Under the pieces are notes generated by a model. It was not told the origin of the DNA. It saw only the letters and a list, made by a program, of their open reading frames with translations, and searched no databases. Shown here in pieces: positions 27,916 through 37,803 of a stretch of DNA of 53,191 nt. The stretch's first letter is position 1. Each line of letters opens with the position of its first letter. The DNA comes from Minisyncoccota bacterium (GTDB lineage: Bacteria; Patescibacteriota; Minisyncoccia; UBA6257; JAVHQB01), in contig DAONGQ010000004.1 of NCBI GenBank assembly GCA_035404205.1, positions 1 through 53,191 on the forward strand, in the 5' to 3' direction. Position numbers and translations under genes: made by a program.

Positions 27916-29253
27916 ATGGAAGAGGATCAACAACTTTATACTCAATTAAAAAAAGTAGTGCTTGCTGTTAGCGCCCAAAAGCAGGAGCCCCTTTGGGTGA
28001 GAGAAATTCGGCTAAATGCGCTCAAACAATTTATAAAGCTTGCTTTGCCTGCCTTTTTAGTGCCCTTAGTTAAGATTAATTTGCATGATTTAAAATATTA
28101 CCTAAAACCTGATATCAATCCAGACGATTGGAAAAAAAAGAAGAATCAGGAATTTTTTCAGCTCATGGCTAACATGGGCATACCCGAAGACGATATGTTG
28201 AGACTGGGCGGTATAGGATTGCAAGAAGAGTCGGAAATGGTTTACGACTCGCTAGAAAAGAAATGGCAAAAAGAGGGAGTTATCTTTACTAGTATTGATA
28301 AGGCTATTCAAAAATATCCCAAATTGGTGCAAAAATATTTTGGATCCGTTATTGCCACTGATAACAATAAATTTTCTGCCTTAAACACAGCCCTATTTTC
28401 AGGTGGCAGTTTTCTTTATGTTCCCAAGGGTGTCAAAGTAGACAAAACTATCCAGGTCCTGTATCGGATCAATAGAGAAGAATTTGGCCAATTTGAAAGA
28501 ACTCTGATTATTGCGGAACCAGATAGCCAAGTTTCCTATTTGGAAGGTTGCACTGCGCCGATGTTTGCAGGAGGGAGTTTACATGCAGGTGTGGTAGAAG
28601 TTATTGTGAACGAAGGGGCTAAGGTAAGATATGGAGCAGTCCAAAATTGGTCTAAAGAAGTCTATAATCTTGCCACCAAGGGCGCTAAAGTTTTAAAAAA
28701 CGGTCAAATTGAATGGATGGATGCTAATTTTGGTTCTAAATTAACAGTCAAATATCCTTTATCAGATTTGAGAGGAGATAATAGCCGGGCTATTTATCAA
28801 TCTATTAACTCTCTTACCAAAGGGCAGACCCAATATAGTGGCGCTAAAGTCATCCATTCAGGGAAAAATACTTTGACAGACATTAGTTCTAAAAGTCTTA
28901 TCTTTGATGGGGGGTACAGTTACTGGCAACCCTTCTTGCAAATTAAGAATACGGCTGATTCAGCCAGTAATTTTTCTCGTTGTGATAACATTCTCTTTGG
29001 CAATAAAGCCACCTACGTTACCGAGCCTATAACTGAACTAGACAATGTTACTGCCAAAACAGAAGTTGAAGGTTCCCTTTTCAAGATAGAAGAAGAGACT
29101 TTAAATTATTTGGCGACCAGGGGGATTGGCACAGAGGAAGCCTATTTAATCCTTATTTTGAGCTTTTATGAGCCCCTCAGCCATTGGCTTCCCGCTGACT
29201 ATCTTTTGGAAATTAAACAAATGTTAGCGCTTACTCTTTCTACTTCAATCTAG
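27916..29253 (+). CDS. sufB: Fe-S cluster assembly protein SufB
   Basis: Beta-helix core (..I.A......YLEGCTAP, V.NWS..VYN...K.A) and C-terminal L.YL..RGI..EEA tail. Confidence 0.8.
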   Translation: MEEDQQLYTQLKKVVLAVSAQKQEPLWVREIRLNALKQFIKLALPAFLVPLVKINLHDLKYYLKPDINPDDWKKKKNQEFFQLMANMGIPEDDMLRLGGIGLQEESEMVYDSLEKKWQKEGVIFTSIDKAIQKYPKLVQKYFGSVIATDNNKFSALNTALFSGGSFLYVPKGVKVDKTIQVLYRINREEFGQFERTLIIAEPDSQVSYLEGCTAPMFAGGSLHAGVVEVIVNEGAKVRYGAVQNWSKEVYNLATKGAKVLKNGQIEWMDANFGSKLTVKYPLSDLRGDNSRAIYQSINSLTKGQTQYSGAKVIHSGKNTLTDISSKSLIFDGGYSYWQPFLQIKNTADSASNFSRCDNILFGNKATYVTEPITELDNVTAKTEVEGSLFKIEEETLNYLATRGIGTEEAYLILILSFYEPLSHWLPADYLLEIKQMLALTLSTSI

Positions 29254-29256
29254 TTT

Positions 29257-29736
29257 ATGTCTAAAATAACTGAGGTTGTTCTTAATTTAAATGCGTTAAA
29301 ATCTGCTCAACCAGTTTCTTTCAGAGTGCCAGCATATCATCAATTAAACCTAACTGTAACAGGCAGTTTTAAAGAGTCTAAAACCTATGAGTATGCTTTG
29401 TCTATTTTACTTACAGGGGCAAAGAGTACTGCTAATGTGGAGGGTAAATTTTTTATTTGCAATGGCAGCCGTTGCCATTTAATTTTTACTGCCAAAGATA
29501 CTCCCAAAGCGAAAGCGGCTTCCATTAATCTAAATTTAAAAGGTTTGTTATTTGATGAAGCTAGCCGTATTTTTGTTAAACAGCAGATCACCCTTCGTCA
29601 TAAGGATAGCCACCTTAAACATAGCTTAGCTTTTGGCAGTTTAAATAAGGATATTCTCAATTATTTAGACAGTCGAGGGGTTGATAAGAATTGGCTTAGA
29701 AGCTATTTGGAAAATAATTATACCAATCTTACCTAA
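29257..29736 (+). CDS. Minimal SufD-like protein
   Basis: Only 159 aa. The C-terminal ...L.YL.SRG tail resembles SufB/SufD, and its position right after sufB fits. The domain is heavily truncated relative to canonical SufD. Confidence 0.45.
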   Translation: MSKITEVVLNLNALKSAQPVSFRVPAYHQLNLTVTGSFKESKTYEYALSILLTGAKSTANVEGKFFICNGSRCHLIFTAKDTPKAKAASINLNLKGLLFDEASRIFVKQQITLRHKDSHLKHSLAFGSLNKDILNYLDSRGVDKNWLRSYLENNYTNLT

Positions 29737-29775
29737 ACATACGGATATTTAATTCTTGTGCTAAAATTTGAAGGT

Positions 29776-30996
29776 ATGTCTCAAGACTATTTTCCTATTT
29801 TGAAGAAAAAAGGAGCCAAGGGAATCCCTTTGGTTTATTTTGACAATGCCGCAACAACTCAAAAACCCCAAAGCGTTTTAGATGCTATGAACGAGGTTTA
29901 TACTTCGTTCAATGCCAATATCTATCGAGGGAATTACTATTGGTCAGAGAAGACCACTATTGCTTATGATTCTGCCAGGCAGAAAGTAGCAAGCTTTATA
30001 GGGGCAAGTGCCGAGGAAATTGTTTTTACTCGCAATACTACTGAAAGCATCAACCTAATAGCCCAAATTTTAGCTAGAGATTATTTTAAAAAAGGAGACG
30101 AAATTATTCTCTCTATCGCCGAGCATCATAGTAATTATCTTCCTTGGTGGCAACTAGCCCAAACGCATCGCGTGAAATTAAAAGTGATTGGCCTGGATAG
30201 TGAGGGTTATTTTGATTTAGATGAATTTAGAAAAACATTATCTTCTAAAACTAAATTAGTAGCAATCGCCGGGGTGACCAATGTTTTGGGAACCATAAGT
30301 CCTCTCAAAGAAATTATTAATCTGTCCCATCAAGCAGGCTCTCTGGTATTAGTGGATGGCGCCCAATTAGTTCCTCATTTATCTCTTAATGTCGCCGATC
30401 TAAATTGTGATTTTTTGGCTTTTTCTGGGCATAAAATGTATGGACCTACTGGTATAGGGGTTCTTTATGCGAAAAAATTATGGTTGGCCAGAACGGAGCC
30501 TTTTCTTCTCGGCGGAGAAATGATAAATGATTTTGATGGCCAAGCTGTTTGTTGGGCTAATTTGCCGCGAAAATTTGAAGCCGGGACACCAGCTTATGTC
30601 GAAGCTATTGGCTTGGGGGCCGCTATCGACTATTTAAATGAAGCGGACTTTACTGCCATTCAAGAAAAAGAAAAATTGCTTGTAAAAAATACCTTATCCG
30701 GATTAAAAGATATTAAAGAGGTTACCATTTTGGGACCCCAGACAATCAAAGATCGTTGTGGTATTATTGCCTTCAATCTTAAAGGCATTCATGCGCATGA
30801 TTTGAGCGAGCTTTTAGCCGAGAAGGGTATCATGGTCAGGGCGGGAGTGCATTGTGCCGGACCATTACACAGTTGGCTCAAAATACCAGCGTCGGCTCGC
30901 CTCAGCTTTGGGGCATATAACACTTTGAAGGAAGTAAAATATTTCCTCAAAACGCTGCAAGAAATTAATCGATCGATAAATTATGAAAAAAAATAA
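29776..30996 (+). CDS. sufS: Cysteine desulfurase, SufS-like (class V aminotransferase, group II)
   Basis: YFDNAATTQKP, FSGHKMYGPTGIGVLY (PLP-Lys), R.G.HCA active-site Cys loop. ATG 29776 is preferred over GTG 29758. Confidence 0.85.
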   Translation: MSQDYFPILKKKGAKGIPLVYFDNAATTQKPQSVLDAMNEVYTSFNANIYRGNYYWSEKTTIAYDSARQKVASFIGASAEEIVFTRNTTESINLIAQILARDYFKKGDEIILSIAEHHSNYLPWWQLAQTHRVKLKVIGLDSEGYFDLDEFRKTLSSKTKLVAIAGVTNVLGTISPLKEIINLSHQAGSLVLVDGAQLVPHLSLNVADLNCDFLAFSGHKMYGPTGIGVLYAKKLWLARTEPFLLGGEMINDFDGQAVCWANLPRKFEAGTPAYVEAIGLGAAIDYLNEADFTAIQEKEKLLVKNTLSGLKDIKEVTILGPQTIKDRCGIIAFNLKGIHAHDLSELLAEKGIMVRAGVHCAGPLHSWLKIPASARLSFGAYNTLKEVKYFLKTLQEINRSINYEKK

Positions 30997-31399
30997 ACCC
31001 GAGACTTCTTTTACAAGTCTTTTAGAATTAGTGGGGGAAAGCGCCAACTTGAAACATCGGGGCTTATTGCCCCATGCCGATGTTACTCTTTTAGGGGTAA
31101 ACGAATCTTGCGGTGATAAAATCATTTTACAATTAAAACTAGATAAAGATGGTCATATCAAGCAGGCGCTATTTAATGGGGAGAGTTGCAGTTTATCAGC
31201 TTTGGGGGCGGAAACGATGTGTGCCTTAATAGAGAAAGGGAAAATTCCTAAACCGATAGAAGAGAAAGTATTCCTTAAATCTTTAAATTTTAATTTTAGT
31301 CCTGTAAGAAAAAAATGCGCTTATTTAGTTTGGAAAACTTGGCAAAATTATGTTTCTTCAAAATTTAAACCTGCTGTTCAAAAGAAAAGCAAAAAATAG
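30983..31399 (+). CDS. SufU/IscU-like Fe-S scaffold / sulfurtransferase
   Basis: N.SCGD and G.SCS.S.A Cys motifs in NifU-N-like order. 138 aa, overlapping sufS by 14 nt. Confidence 0.65.
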   Translation: MKKNKPETSFTSLLELVGESANLKHRGLLPHADVTLLGVNESCGDKIILQLKLDKDGHIKQALFNGESCSLSALGAETMCALIEKGKIPKPIEEKVFLKSLNFNFSPVRKKCAYLVWKTWQNYVSSKFKPAVQKKSKK

Positions 31400-32594
31400 C
31401 GTTCCTCCTTGGATAGATCTTGATGCTGCTTCCACTACCCCTATTTACGAGGAGGTATTGCGAGCTATGGGGCCATATTATAGTGAGATCTATTTTAACC
31501 CTAACTCTGTTCACGCTGCTGGGCAATTAGCTGCGCGCGCTCTAACCTATAATCGGCAAATTGTGGCTGATTATTTTGCCGTTAGGAGCCAAGAAATACT
31601 TTTTGCCAGTTCGGCTACCGAGGCGAATAATTGGATTATAGAAAGTTGCTCTCGCATAAAACTGCCGACACAGAAAAAGCCTCATATTATTTATAGCGCC
31701 ATAGAACATGATTCCGTCATTGCTCCTATCTTAAGATTAAAAAACGAAGGCGTTATTACTACCACTATCTTACCAGTTGGTCAAAATGGCCTGGTGGATA
31801 TTGGTACTTTAGAGAAAGCCCTTACTAAAGAAACGGTATTGGTCTCTATTATGGCTGTCAATAACGAAATAGGGTCCCTAGAACCGCTTCTCTCTATAGG
31901 TCAATCTTTGGCAAAATTTAAAAACCAGCAGAAAACTCTTTATCCTTATTTCCATAGCGATGCTGCCCAAGGTTTGAATTATTTCCATTGGCCTGATTTA
32001 AAATATTTAGACTGCCTTACTTTCTCTGGGCACAAAATTAATGGCCCCAAGGGCATTGGGGGATTAGCTATTTTTAATTCCCAGATGTTAAAAACTATCG
32101 TTCCTCTTATAGTAGGAGGGCATCAAGAATTTAATTTAAGAGCAGGCACGGAAAACTTGCCAGCTATTATCGGTCTAGCTAAGGCACTAGAAATTCTTAA
32201 GCAAAACTCAGCATCTGACCATGAACGTTTGTTTCGATTACGCTCCCTTTTTTGGGAGACCTTGCAAGAGTATCATTCTCACATTCTTTTGAATGGAGAT
32301 TTGAATGCCTCTGTTCCCTCAATAATTAATTGTTATTTTCCTGGCATTTTAGCCTCGGACATGGTGGCTGGCTTAAGTGAAAAAGGTGTATTAGCTAGCC
32401 CAGGCGCTGCTTGTTCTGCTAGTTTAGGGACGCCTTCCCATGTTATCTATGCCCTTTATCACGATAAAGAAAGGGCTCAGGAATCAGTGCGGTTTAGCTT
32501 TGGACGTTCTCTAGACTATGACAATGTCAAGCATGCGGCTCAACTAACTGCCGGACTTTATACCCAATTACTCTCACTCAAAAATACGCTTTAA
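31350..32594 (+). CDS. Second cysteine desulfurase (NifS/IscS-like, group I)
   Basis: LDAASTTP, SA.EH.SV, FSGHKI.GPKG.G.L, L..G.HQE...RAGTEN, S.G.ACS. Overlaps the previous gene by 50 nt. Confidence 0.8.
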   Translation: MFLQNLNLLFKRKAKNSVPPWIDLDAASTTPIYEEVLRAMGPYYSEIYFNPNSVHAAGQLAARALTYNRQIVADYFAVRSQEILFASSATEANNWIIESCSRIKLPTQKKPHIIYSAIEHDSVIAPILRLKNEGVITTTILPVGQNGLVDIGTLEKALTKETVLVSIMAVNNEIGSLEPLLSIGQSLAKFKNQQKTLYPYFHSDAAQGLNYFHWPDLKYLDCLTFSGHKINGPKGIGGLAIFNSQMLKTIVPLIVGGHQEFNLRAGTENLPAIIGLAKALEILKQNSASDHERLFRLRSLFWETLQEYHSHILLNGDLNASVPSIINCYFPGILASDMVAGLSEKGVLASPGAACSASLGTPSHVIYALYHDKERAQESVRFSFGRSLDYDNVKHAAQLTAGLYTQLLSLKNTL

Positions 32595-32611
32595 GTTCAT
32601 ATAAAGAAGTT

Positions 32612-32640
32612 TTGGCACTATATTTTTCTTGTGCTATAAT
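32612..32640 (+). promoter_or_regulatory. Sigma70-type promoter (TTGGCA-N17-TATAAT with TGc extended -10), first of three -10 copies
   Basis: TTGGCA at 32612-32617 and TATAAT at 32635-32640. The -10 is repeated at 32678-32683 and 32721-32726. Confidence 0.55.
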
Positions 32641-32746
32641 CTGTCCGAAGGACAGAATATATCAGGTAGCAGCCTGCTATAATCTGTCCGAAGGACAGAA
32701 TATATCAGGTAGCAGCCTGCTATAATCTGTCCGAAGGACAGAATAT
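32632..32746 (+). repeat. 43-bp perfect tandem repeat, 2.7 copies
   Basis: The unit TGCTATAATCTGTCCGAAGGACAGAATATATCAGGTAGCAGCC starts at 32632, 32675 and 32718. The third copy is identical for 29 nt. Each copy has an extended -10 and the palindrome CTGTCC-GAA-GGACAG. Confidence 0.95.
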
Positions 32747-32796
32747 TAGAATTCGGAATACTCTCGTAACGTAACAGGATTAAGAAAACTATCACT

Positions 32797-35412
32797 ATGC
32801 CATCTTTAGATAAATTTACACTAAAAGCTCAATCTAGTTTAGAAAGAGCCCAACAAATTGCCATAGAGAACTCTCATTTAGAAATACGAGCAGTTCACAT
32901 TCTCTTGGGCTTGCTCAAAGAAGGCGATACTTTAATTCAGCCCATGTTAGAAATGGAGGGGGTGAATGTAGATAGTCTTATTCGCAGGGCGGAAGAAGAG
33001 CTTAAAAAAATTATGCCCAGTCCAAGCGCCAAAAGCGCCAATTTTGGACAGCTCTATTTAACCCCAGAAGTAATTCAAATTTTTGAGCGAGCTCACGCTC
33101 TTCTCAAAGAGCTGGGGGACGAATATATCGCTTGCGAACACCTCTTTATTGCTATTAGCTTAACAGATAATAGTGCCAATGATATCTTGAAATCATTGGG
33201 GTTAATTTCGGCTAAGCTCTTGGAGGACCTTAAAATCACTCGTAATGGCGCAACGGTTAACAATGATAACCCTGAAGCTAGTTTCAAAGCCTTAGAAAAA
33301 TACTCGACTGATTTAACCGAAATGGCTCGCAAAAATTTGTTAGACCCTGTGATTGGAAGAGAAGCAGAGCTGAGAAGAATTATGCAAGTCATTTCTCGTC
33401 GCACTAAAAATAACCCCGTCTTAATAGGTGAACCGGGCGTGGGAAAGACTGCTATTGTGGAGGCTTTAGCTCAAAGAATTGTCAAAAATGAAGTTCCCGA
33501 ATCCTTAAAGAACAAGAGAGTTGTTTCATTGGACCTGGGCAGCATGATTGCTGGCACCAAATTTAGAGGAGAGTTTGAGGAGAGGCTAAAAGCAGTCCTA
33601 AATGAAATTAAAAAATTACAGGGGCAAGTCATTGTTTTTATTGATGAGCTTCAAGTTATTGTTGGCGCCGGCGGAGCAGAAGGATCGATTGATGCTGCGA
33701 CTCTTTTAAAGCCAGTACTCTCTCGGGGAGAGTTCAAGACGATTGGGGCAACCACTTTTGATGATTACAAAAATTCTATAGAGAAAGATCAGGCTTTAGC
33801 TCGCCGTTTTCAACCAGTGATAGTAGAAGAGCCGACGGCCGAGGATACTATTGCTATTTTAGAAGGGTTGAAAGAAAAATATGAAACTTACCATGGATTA
33901 AAAATTACTCCCGAAGCGATACGCGCAGCGGTGGATTTATCTGTACGTTATATCACCGACCGTTTCTTGCCAGATAAAGCCATCGACCTTATTGATGAAG
34001 CCGCCTCCTCGTTGCGTTTAGAAATTGATAGCACTCCCCAAAGTCTGGAAAATGCCGAAAAAGAATTGCGCCGCCTAGAAATAGACAGAGCCGCTGGCAA
34101 TAAAGAGGACAAAACTTTGAAAAATAAAATAGAGACATATCGTAAAGAGGTGTCGAAAATGAAAAATGATTGGCAGAAAGAAAGAGAAACGGTTGAAAAA
34201 ATCAATGTTTTAAGTAGGGAGATTAGCATGGCTAAAGAAGAAGTGGAAACTTACGAACGAGAGGGCCAGTTAGAAAAAGTAGGCAAGATTTTATATGGTG
34301 ATATTCCTCAGAAGAATAAAGAGCTGCAGGAATTGCAAGCTAAATTAAACACATTGCGTAAACGTGGCAAACATTACTTGAAAGAGGAGATAAGCTCTGA
34401 AAATATCGCTAGCATTGTCTCAAAATGGACAGGTATTCCAGTAACGAAAATGCTTGAGAATGAGTCTCAGAAGCTTATGCATATGGAGAATATTCTAGGA
34501 AACCGGGTGATTGGACAAACTGAAGCTGTCAGCGCGGTATCACGGGCTATTCGGCGTGGTCGTTCTGGAATTACGGAGGAAAACAAACCCATCGGCTCCT
34601 TTATGTTTTTAGGTCCTACCGGCGTAGGCAAAACAGAGCTAGCGCGTTCTCTAGCAGAATACATGTTTAACGACGAAAAATCTATTCTACGCTTTGATAT
34701 GTCTGAGTATATGGAGAAACATACGGTTGCCAGATTGATTGGTTCACCACCAGGATATGTTGGTTATGATGAGGGTGGACAACTTACCGAAAAAGTGAAA
34801 CATAGACCCTATAGTCTTATTCTTTTCGATGAGGTGGAGAAAGCGCATCCTGATGTTTTTAATATCTTGCTTCAAGTTTTGGACGATGGCAGGCTCACCG
34901 ATGGCAAAGGACGAACCGTGAATTTCAAAAATACCATTATTATTATGACCTCTAACGCTGGCAGCGAGTATATTACTGCTCAGAGTCAGTTTGGTTTTTC
35001 TGATAGTGAAAAAAAGAAAGCGCCCTCTCTTAGCGAATATAAGGAAAAGGTGCTAGGGGCGTTAAAAGAGACATTTCGACCAGAGTTTCTCAATCGTTTA
35101 GATGAAATTGTGGTTTTTAACCCTCTAACTTTGGAAGATATCCGTAAGATAGTAGATTTGCAAATTGAGCAAATCAACAAACGTTTAAGGCAAAAAAATA
35201 TTTCCATTACTCTTGATAGCAAGGCCAAAGACTATATTGCCGAACATGGGTATGACCCAGAATACGGTGCTCGACCAATTAAACGTTTTATCGAGCGTCA
35301 TATTTTAGATTCCTTGGCGGATAAAATTGTTAGCGGTGTCGCCAGGAATAATTCCGATTGGAAAGTAAGTGTTGAGGGGAACGATTTAAAGCTAACGCCT
35401 CTAAAAAAATAA
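32797..35412 (+). CDS. clpB: ATP-dependent chaperone/disaggregase ClpB
   Basis: Clp N domain, two AAA+ modules ([18 protein letters not shown]), long coiled-coil middle domain. 871 aa. Confidence 0.95.
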   Translation: MPSLDKFTLKAQSSLERAQQIAIENSHLEIRAVHILLGLLKEGDTLIQPMLEMEGVNVDSLIRRAEEELKKIMPSPSAKSANFGQLYLTPEVIQIFERAHALLKELGDEYIACEHLFIAISLTDNSANDILKSLGLISAKLLEDLKITRNGATVNNDNPEASFKALEKYSTDLTEMARKNLLDPVIGREAELRRIMQVISRRTKNNPVLIGEPGVGKTAIVEALAQRIVKNEVPESLKNKRVVSLDLGSMIAGTKFRGEFEERLKAVLNEIKKLQGQVIVFIDELQVIVGAGGAEGSIDAATLLKPVLSRGEFKTIGATTFDDYKNSIEKDQALARRFQPVIVEEPTAEDTIAILEGLKEKYETYHGLKITPEAIRAAVDLSVRYITDRFLPDKAIDLIDEAASSLRLEIDSTPQSLENAEKELRRLEIDRAAGNKEDKTLKNKIETYRKEVSKMKNDWQKERETVEKINVLSREISMAKEEVETYEREGQLEKVGKILYGDIPQKNKELQELQAKLNTLRKRGKHYLKEEISSENIASIVSKWTGIPVTKMLENESQKLMHMENILGNRVIGQTEAVSAVSRAIRRGRSGITEENKPIGSFMFLGPTGVGKTELARSLAEYMFNDEKSILRFDMSEYMEKHTVARLIGSPPGYVGYDEGGQLTEKVKHRPYSLILFDEVEKAHPDVFNILLQVLDDGRLTDGKGRTVNFKNTIIIMTSNAGSEYITAQSQFGFSDSEKKKAPSLSEYKEKVLGALKETFRPEFLNRLDEIVVFNPLTLEDIRKIVDLQIEQINKRLRQKNISITLDSKAKDYIAEHGYDPEYGARPIKRFIERHILDSLADKIVSGVARNNSDWKVSVEGNDLKLTPLKK

Positions 35413-35417
35413 CTAAA

Positions 35418-36101
35418 ATGAAAAAGGGGGCCATCTTTTTTGTTGTTTTGTATGCTTTTCTTTTGCTTGTAGGTTTATTTTTTAGTTGGCCGCTTTGGCT
35501 CAGTATCGGTTTGGCTGTTTTAGTTTTGGCTGTTTGGAAATTATTAAGCGGTTTAGCCTGGCACAATACCTACTTTTTGTTTTTTATTGCTTTTCTTTCT
35601 CTAGCCCTAAGCAGCATTGTCAACAAAACAACTGGTTTAATTATTTTCTTGGGGCTTTATATTGCTTTTCTTGGGCAGCTTGATAAAAAAGATTATCCGC
35701 TTTTTTCTTATCAAGCGCGCTTAAAAATATTTTTTTGGCTTCTGGCTTTTACGTGGTTTTTTTGGGTTTATAGTTTAAATCAATATTTGTCCTTCGGAGT
35801 TAGTTTGATTCTTCTGCTTAGCGGTTTTAGATTGCTTTTGCAAATAGCCAATAATGAAACAGCTTGTTTGGGGGACAATCTATTGCAAGACTTAATCTAC
35901 TTATTTGCGATTGTTCAGTTTGCTTGGTTAGCGGTACTTTTGCCGTTAAACCCCTTTGGCCAAGCTCTTTTTCTTATGCTCTGGAGTCTTTACTTTAACG
36001 AAAGGTTTAGGGAAGACCTTTCAGAACAATCTCTTAAAACTATTCTTGCGCAAACATTGGTTATTATTGGTGTCTCTTTAGGTATTTTGATGCTGAAGTA
36101 A
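35418..36101 (+). CDS. Hypothetical polytopic membrane protein
   Basis: Six or more hydrophobic helices and no motif. Confidence 0.4.
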   Translation: MKKGAIFFVVLYAFLLLVGLFFSWPLWLSIGLAVLVLAVWKLLSGLAWHNTYFLFFIAFLSLALSSIVNKTTGLIIFLGLYIAFLGQLDKKDYPLFSYQARLKIFFWLLAFTWFFWVYSLNQYLSFGVSLILLLSGFRLLLQIANNETACLGDNLLQDLIYLFAIVQFAWLAVLLPLNPFGQALFLMLWSLYFNERFREDLSEQSLKTILAQTLVIIGVSLGILMLK

Positions 36102-36138
36102 AAAACAAAAAAGCTGGTCTTAACGACCGGCTTTTTTG
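36101..36138. terminator. Bidirectional terminator between convergent genes
   Basis: AGCTGGTC / GACCGGCT stem (one mismatch, or a wobble pair on +), flanked by an A-run and a T-run. Overlaps the 3' end of pth. Confidence 0.65.
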
Positions 36139-36698
36139 ATATCTGTAATTTTTTTCAGTAGCTCGCCATAGACTATGGGGACTGCCCTCTGAAACTCTAG
36201 CAAGTTTTTGGTACTAAGTTTTTTTAAGACGAAATCCATGGCCTTGCTATTATTATCCATGGGGCGTGAGCCCAAACGTAAACGCCAATATGCCTTAGTT
36301 TTTAAATTCTGATTGATGGAGATTACTCCCTTATGCCCAGCAGTATCCTTATCCCAAGAGAATTTATAATCTAGTAATGGTAAATCCGTGTCGTCATGGA
36401 CAACCATTAAATGGTCTAGATCTGTTTTGAGATAATTAAGCAGTGATTTAAGCGAGTTGCCGCTTTCGTTCATATAGCCGTTTCTTTTTACTAAAATCAA
36501 AGGGAAATTTACCCCGACATTTTCTGGCTCCAACCTCAAAAGCAGGAACTGCTTTTTATAGGCGAATTGCCAATCTTCTTTTAATGCTAATGTTTTGGCC
36601 AGAGAATCTAAAAATAACCAGCCCAAATTATGGTAAGTATTTTTATAAGAAGTGCCCTTGTTGCCTAAACCATAAATAACCCAAGTTTGATTATCCAT
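36120..36698 (-). CDS. pth: Peptidyl-tRNA hydrolase
   Basis: ..GLGN.G..Y..T.HN.G, .VVHDD.DL motifs. 192 aa. Confidence 0.85.
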   Translation of the reverse strand: MDNQTWVIYGLGNKGTSYKNTYHNLGWLFLDSLAKTLALKEDWQFAYKKQFLLLRLEPENVGVNFPLILVKRNGYMNESGNSLKSLLNYLKTDLDHLMVVHDDTDLPLLDYKFSWDKDTAGHKGVISINQNLKTKAYWRLRLGSRPMDNNSKAMDFVLKKLSTKNLLEFQRAVPIVYGELLKKITDIKKAGR

Positions 36699-36699
36699 T

Positions 36700-37695
36700 T
36701 TAGTTAATTATTTGGGCGATATAGGATTGAATGGCAGAATAATTATTAATGCCAGCTTTAGGCACCAAAACATAGCCATAGCCGGTATCTGTAGTAATGG
36801 TAGAGGAAACCAAAAGGGGATTAGGTTCTTCAAAAGAAATGGCGGCAAATTTCCAAGTTTCTTGTGGAATTTTGGCTAAGATTGAAGCTAGTGTAAAAAG
36901 TTGATTATTATTTAAGTCGGTAGCAAGATGGCCATTCACATCCTTTTTAATTTGCAGGAGTTTGCCTCCATCGGTTAAAAAATTTAAATCTTTTAGTTTT
37001 TCTCCTAGGGCCAGAAGCACCTGTTGCTGATGTTTGATTCTAAAGAAATCTCCATTTTTAGCGTAACGACTGCGAACAAGAGATACTACCATGTTGCCAT
37101 CTAAATAACGCCAGCCCGGCTCTAAATCAAAATAGCTGCCCGTACCAGTAGAATCTTTCAAATTTGGGTCAGTTACCCTTTCGCTAATATAAACATTTAG
37201 TCCGCTCAAGCCATTTACTATGGCTCGAACAGCCTCAACATCAAAAATAGCCGCATAGTCGATAGGCAAACCGGTAATAGTTTCTAATTCTGATTTAATA
37301 GTAGAAAAATCGGGATTGCCAAAGATATTGTTATTTTTTTCGTTAGCCTCCCAAAAAATGCTATTTACTTTAGTAGAAATTCCTTGGTGATTGGTAACTA
37401 ACAAATCGCGAGGAATGGAAATAAGAGCTACTTTATTAGCTTTAGGGTCAATATGGGCTACCATCAGACTGTCAGTAAGATAGGCCCCATTATTGCCGGC
37501 GCCCGTAAAACCCATAATAGCAATATTAATAGGCCGAGATTCTATTTTTTGATCTATAGTTAAGCCTGAATTATTGGCATTTTCCAAAAAGGAGCCTAAA
37601 ACAAGCAGGCTTTTAGTAGGTAGAAACGAGATTATAAGAAAAACCACTATAGCTACCCCTAAAATGGTTCCCATTATTTTAACCCATTTTTTCAT
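36700..37695 (-). CDS. LytR-CpsA-Psr (LCP) family cell-envelope phosphotransferase
   Basis: N-terminal TM, then I.I.G.......TDS.MV..I.P......ISIPRDL, which is the LCP core. Confidence 0.8.
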   Translation of the reverse strand: MKKWVKIMGTILGVAIVVFLIISFLPTKSLLVLGSFLENANNSGLTIDQKIESRPINIAIMGFTGAGNNGAYLTDSLMVAHIDPKANKVALISIPRDLLVTNHQGISTKVNSIFWEANEKNNNIFGNPDFSTIKSELETITGLPIDYAAIFDVEAVRAIVNGLSGLNVYISERVTDPNLKDSTGTGSYFDLEPGWRYLDGNMVVSLVRSRYAKNGDFFRIKHQQQVLLALGEKLKDLNFLTDGGKLLQIKKDVNGHLATDLNNNQLFTLASILAKIPQETWKFAAISFEEPNPLLVSSTITTDTGYGYVLVPKAGINNYSAIQSYIAQIIN

Positions 37696-37704
37696 CAGCG
37701 ATTT

Positions 37705-37733
37705 ATTATAACAAAAAAGCTAAAGAGCGGCAA
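37705..37733 (-). promoter_or_regulatory. Sigma70-type promoter for LCP-pth (TTGCCG-N17-TATAAT with TGt extended -10)
   Basis: Read on the minus strand, the -10 ends 9 nt before the LCP ATG, so the leader is near zero length. Confidence 0.5.
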
Positions 37734-37741
37734 ATTTTAGG

Positions 37742-37770
37742 TTGCTTTTGCCCAATGTTTATGGTATATT
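37742..37770 (+). promoter_or_regulatory. Sigma70-type promoter for lepB (TTGCTT-N17-TATATT with TGg extended -10)
   Basis: Divergent from the LCP promoter, 33 nt before ATG 37804. Confidence 0.5.
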
Positions 37771-37803
37771 GGCGGCAGAATAATTATCTAAATTTAGTCG
37801 AGC

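Noticed and set aside
32632-32746. Possible CRISPR array, suggested by repeated 43-bp units containing a palindrome.
   Set aside because: The units are directly abutting with no unique spacers, there are only 2.7 copies, and each contains a promoter -10. This is a tandem duplication, not repeat-spacer architecture, and no cas genes are present.
32612-32796. CIRCE (HrcA) or CtsR operator upstream of clpB, and a sigma54 promoter at TTGGCAC.
   Set aside because: There is no TTAGCACTC-N9-GAGTGCTAA or GGTCAAA repeat. TGGCAC is not followed by TTGC at the required 5-nt spacing, whereas the 17-nt spacing to TATAAT fits sigma70.
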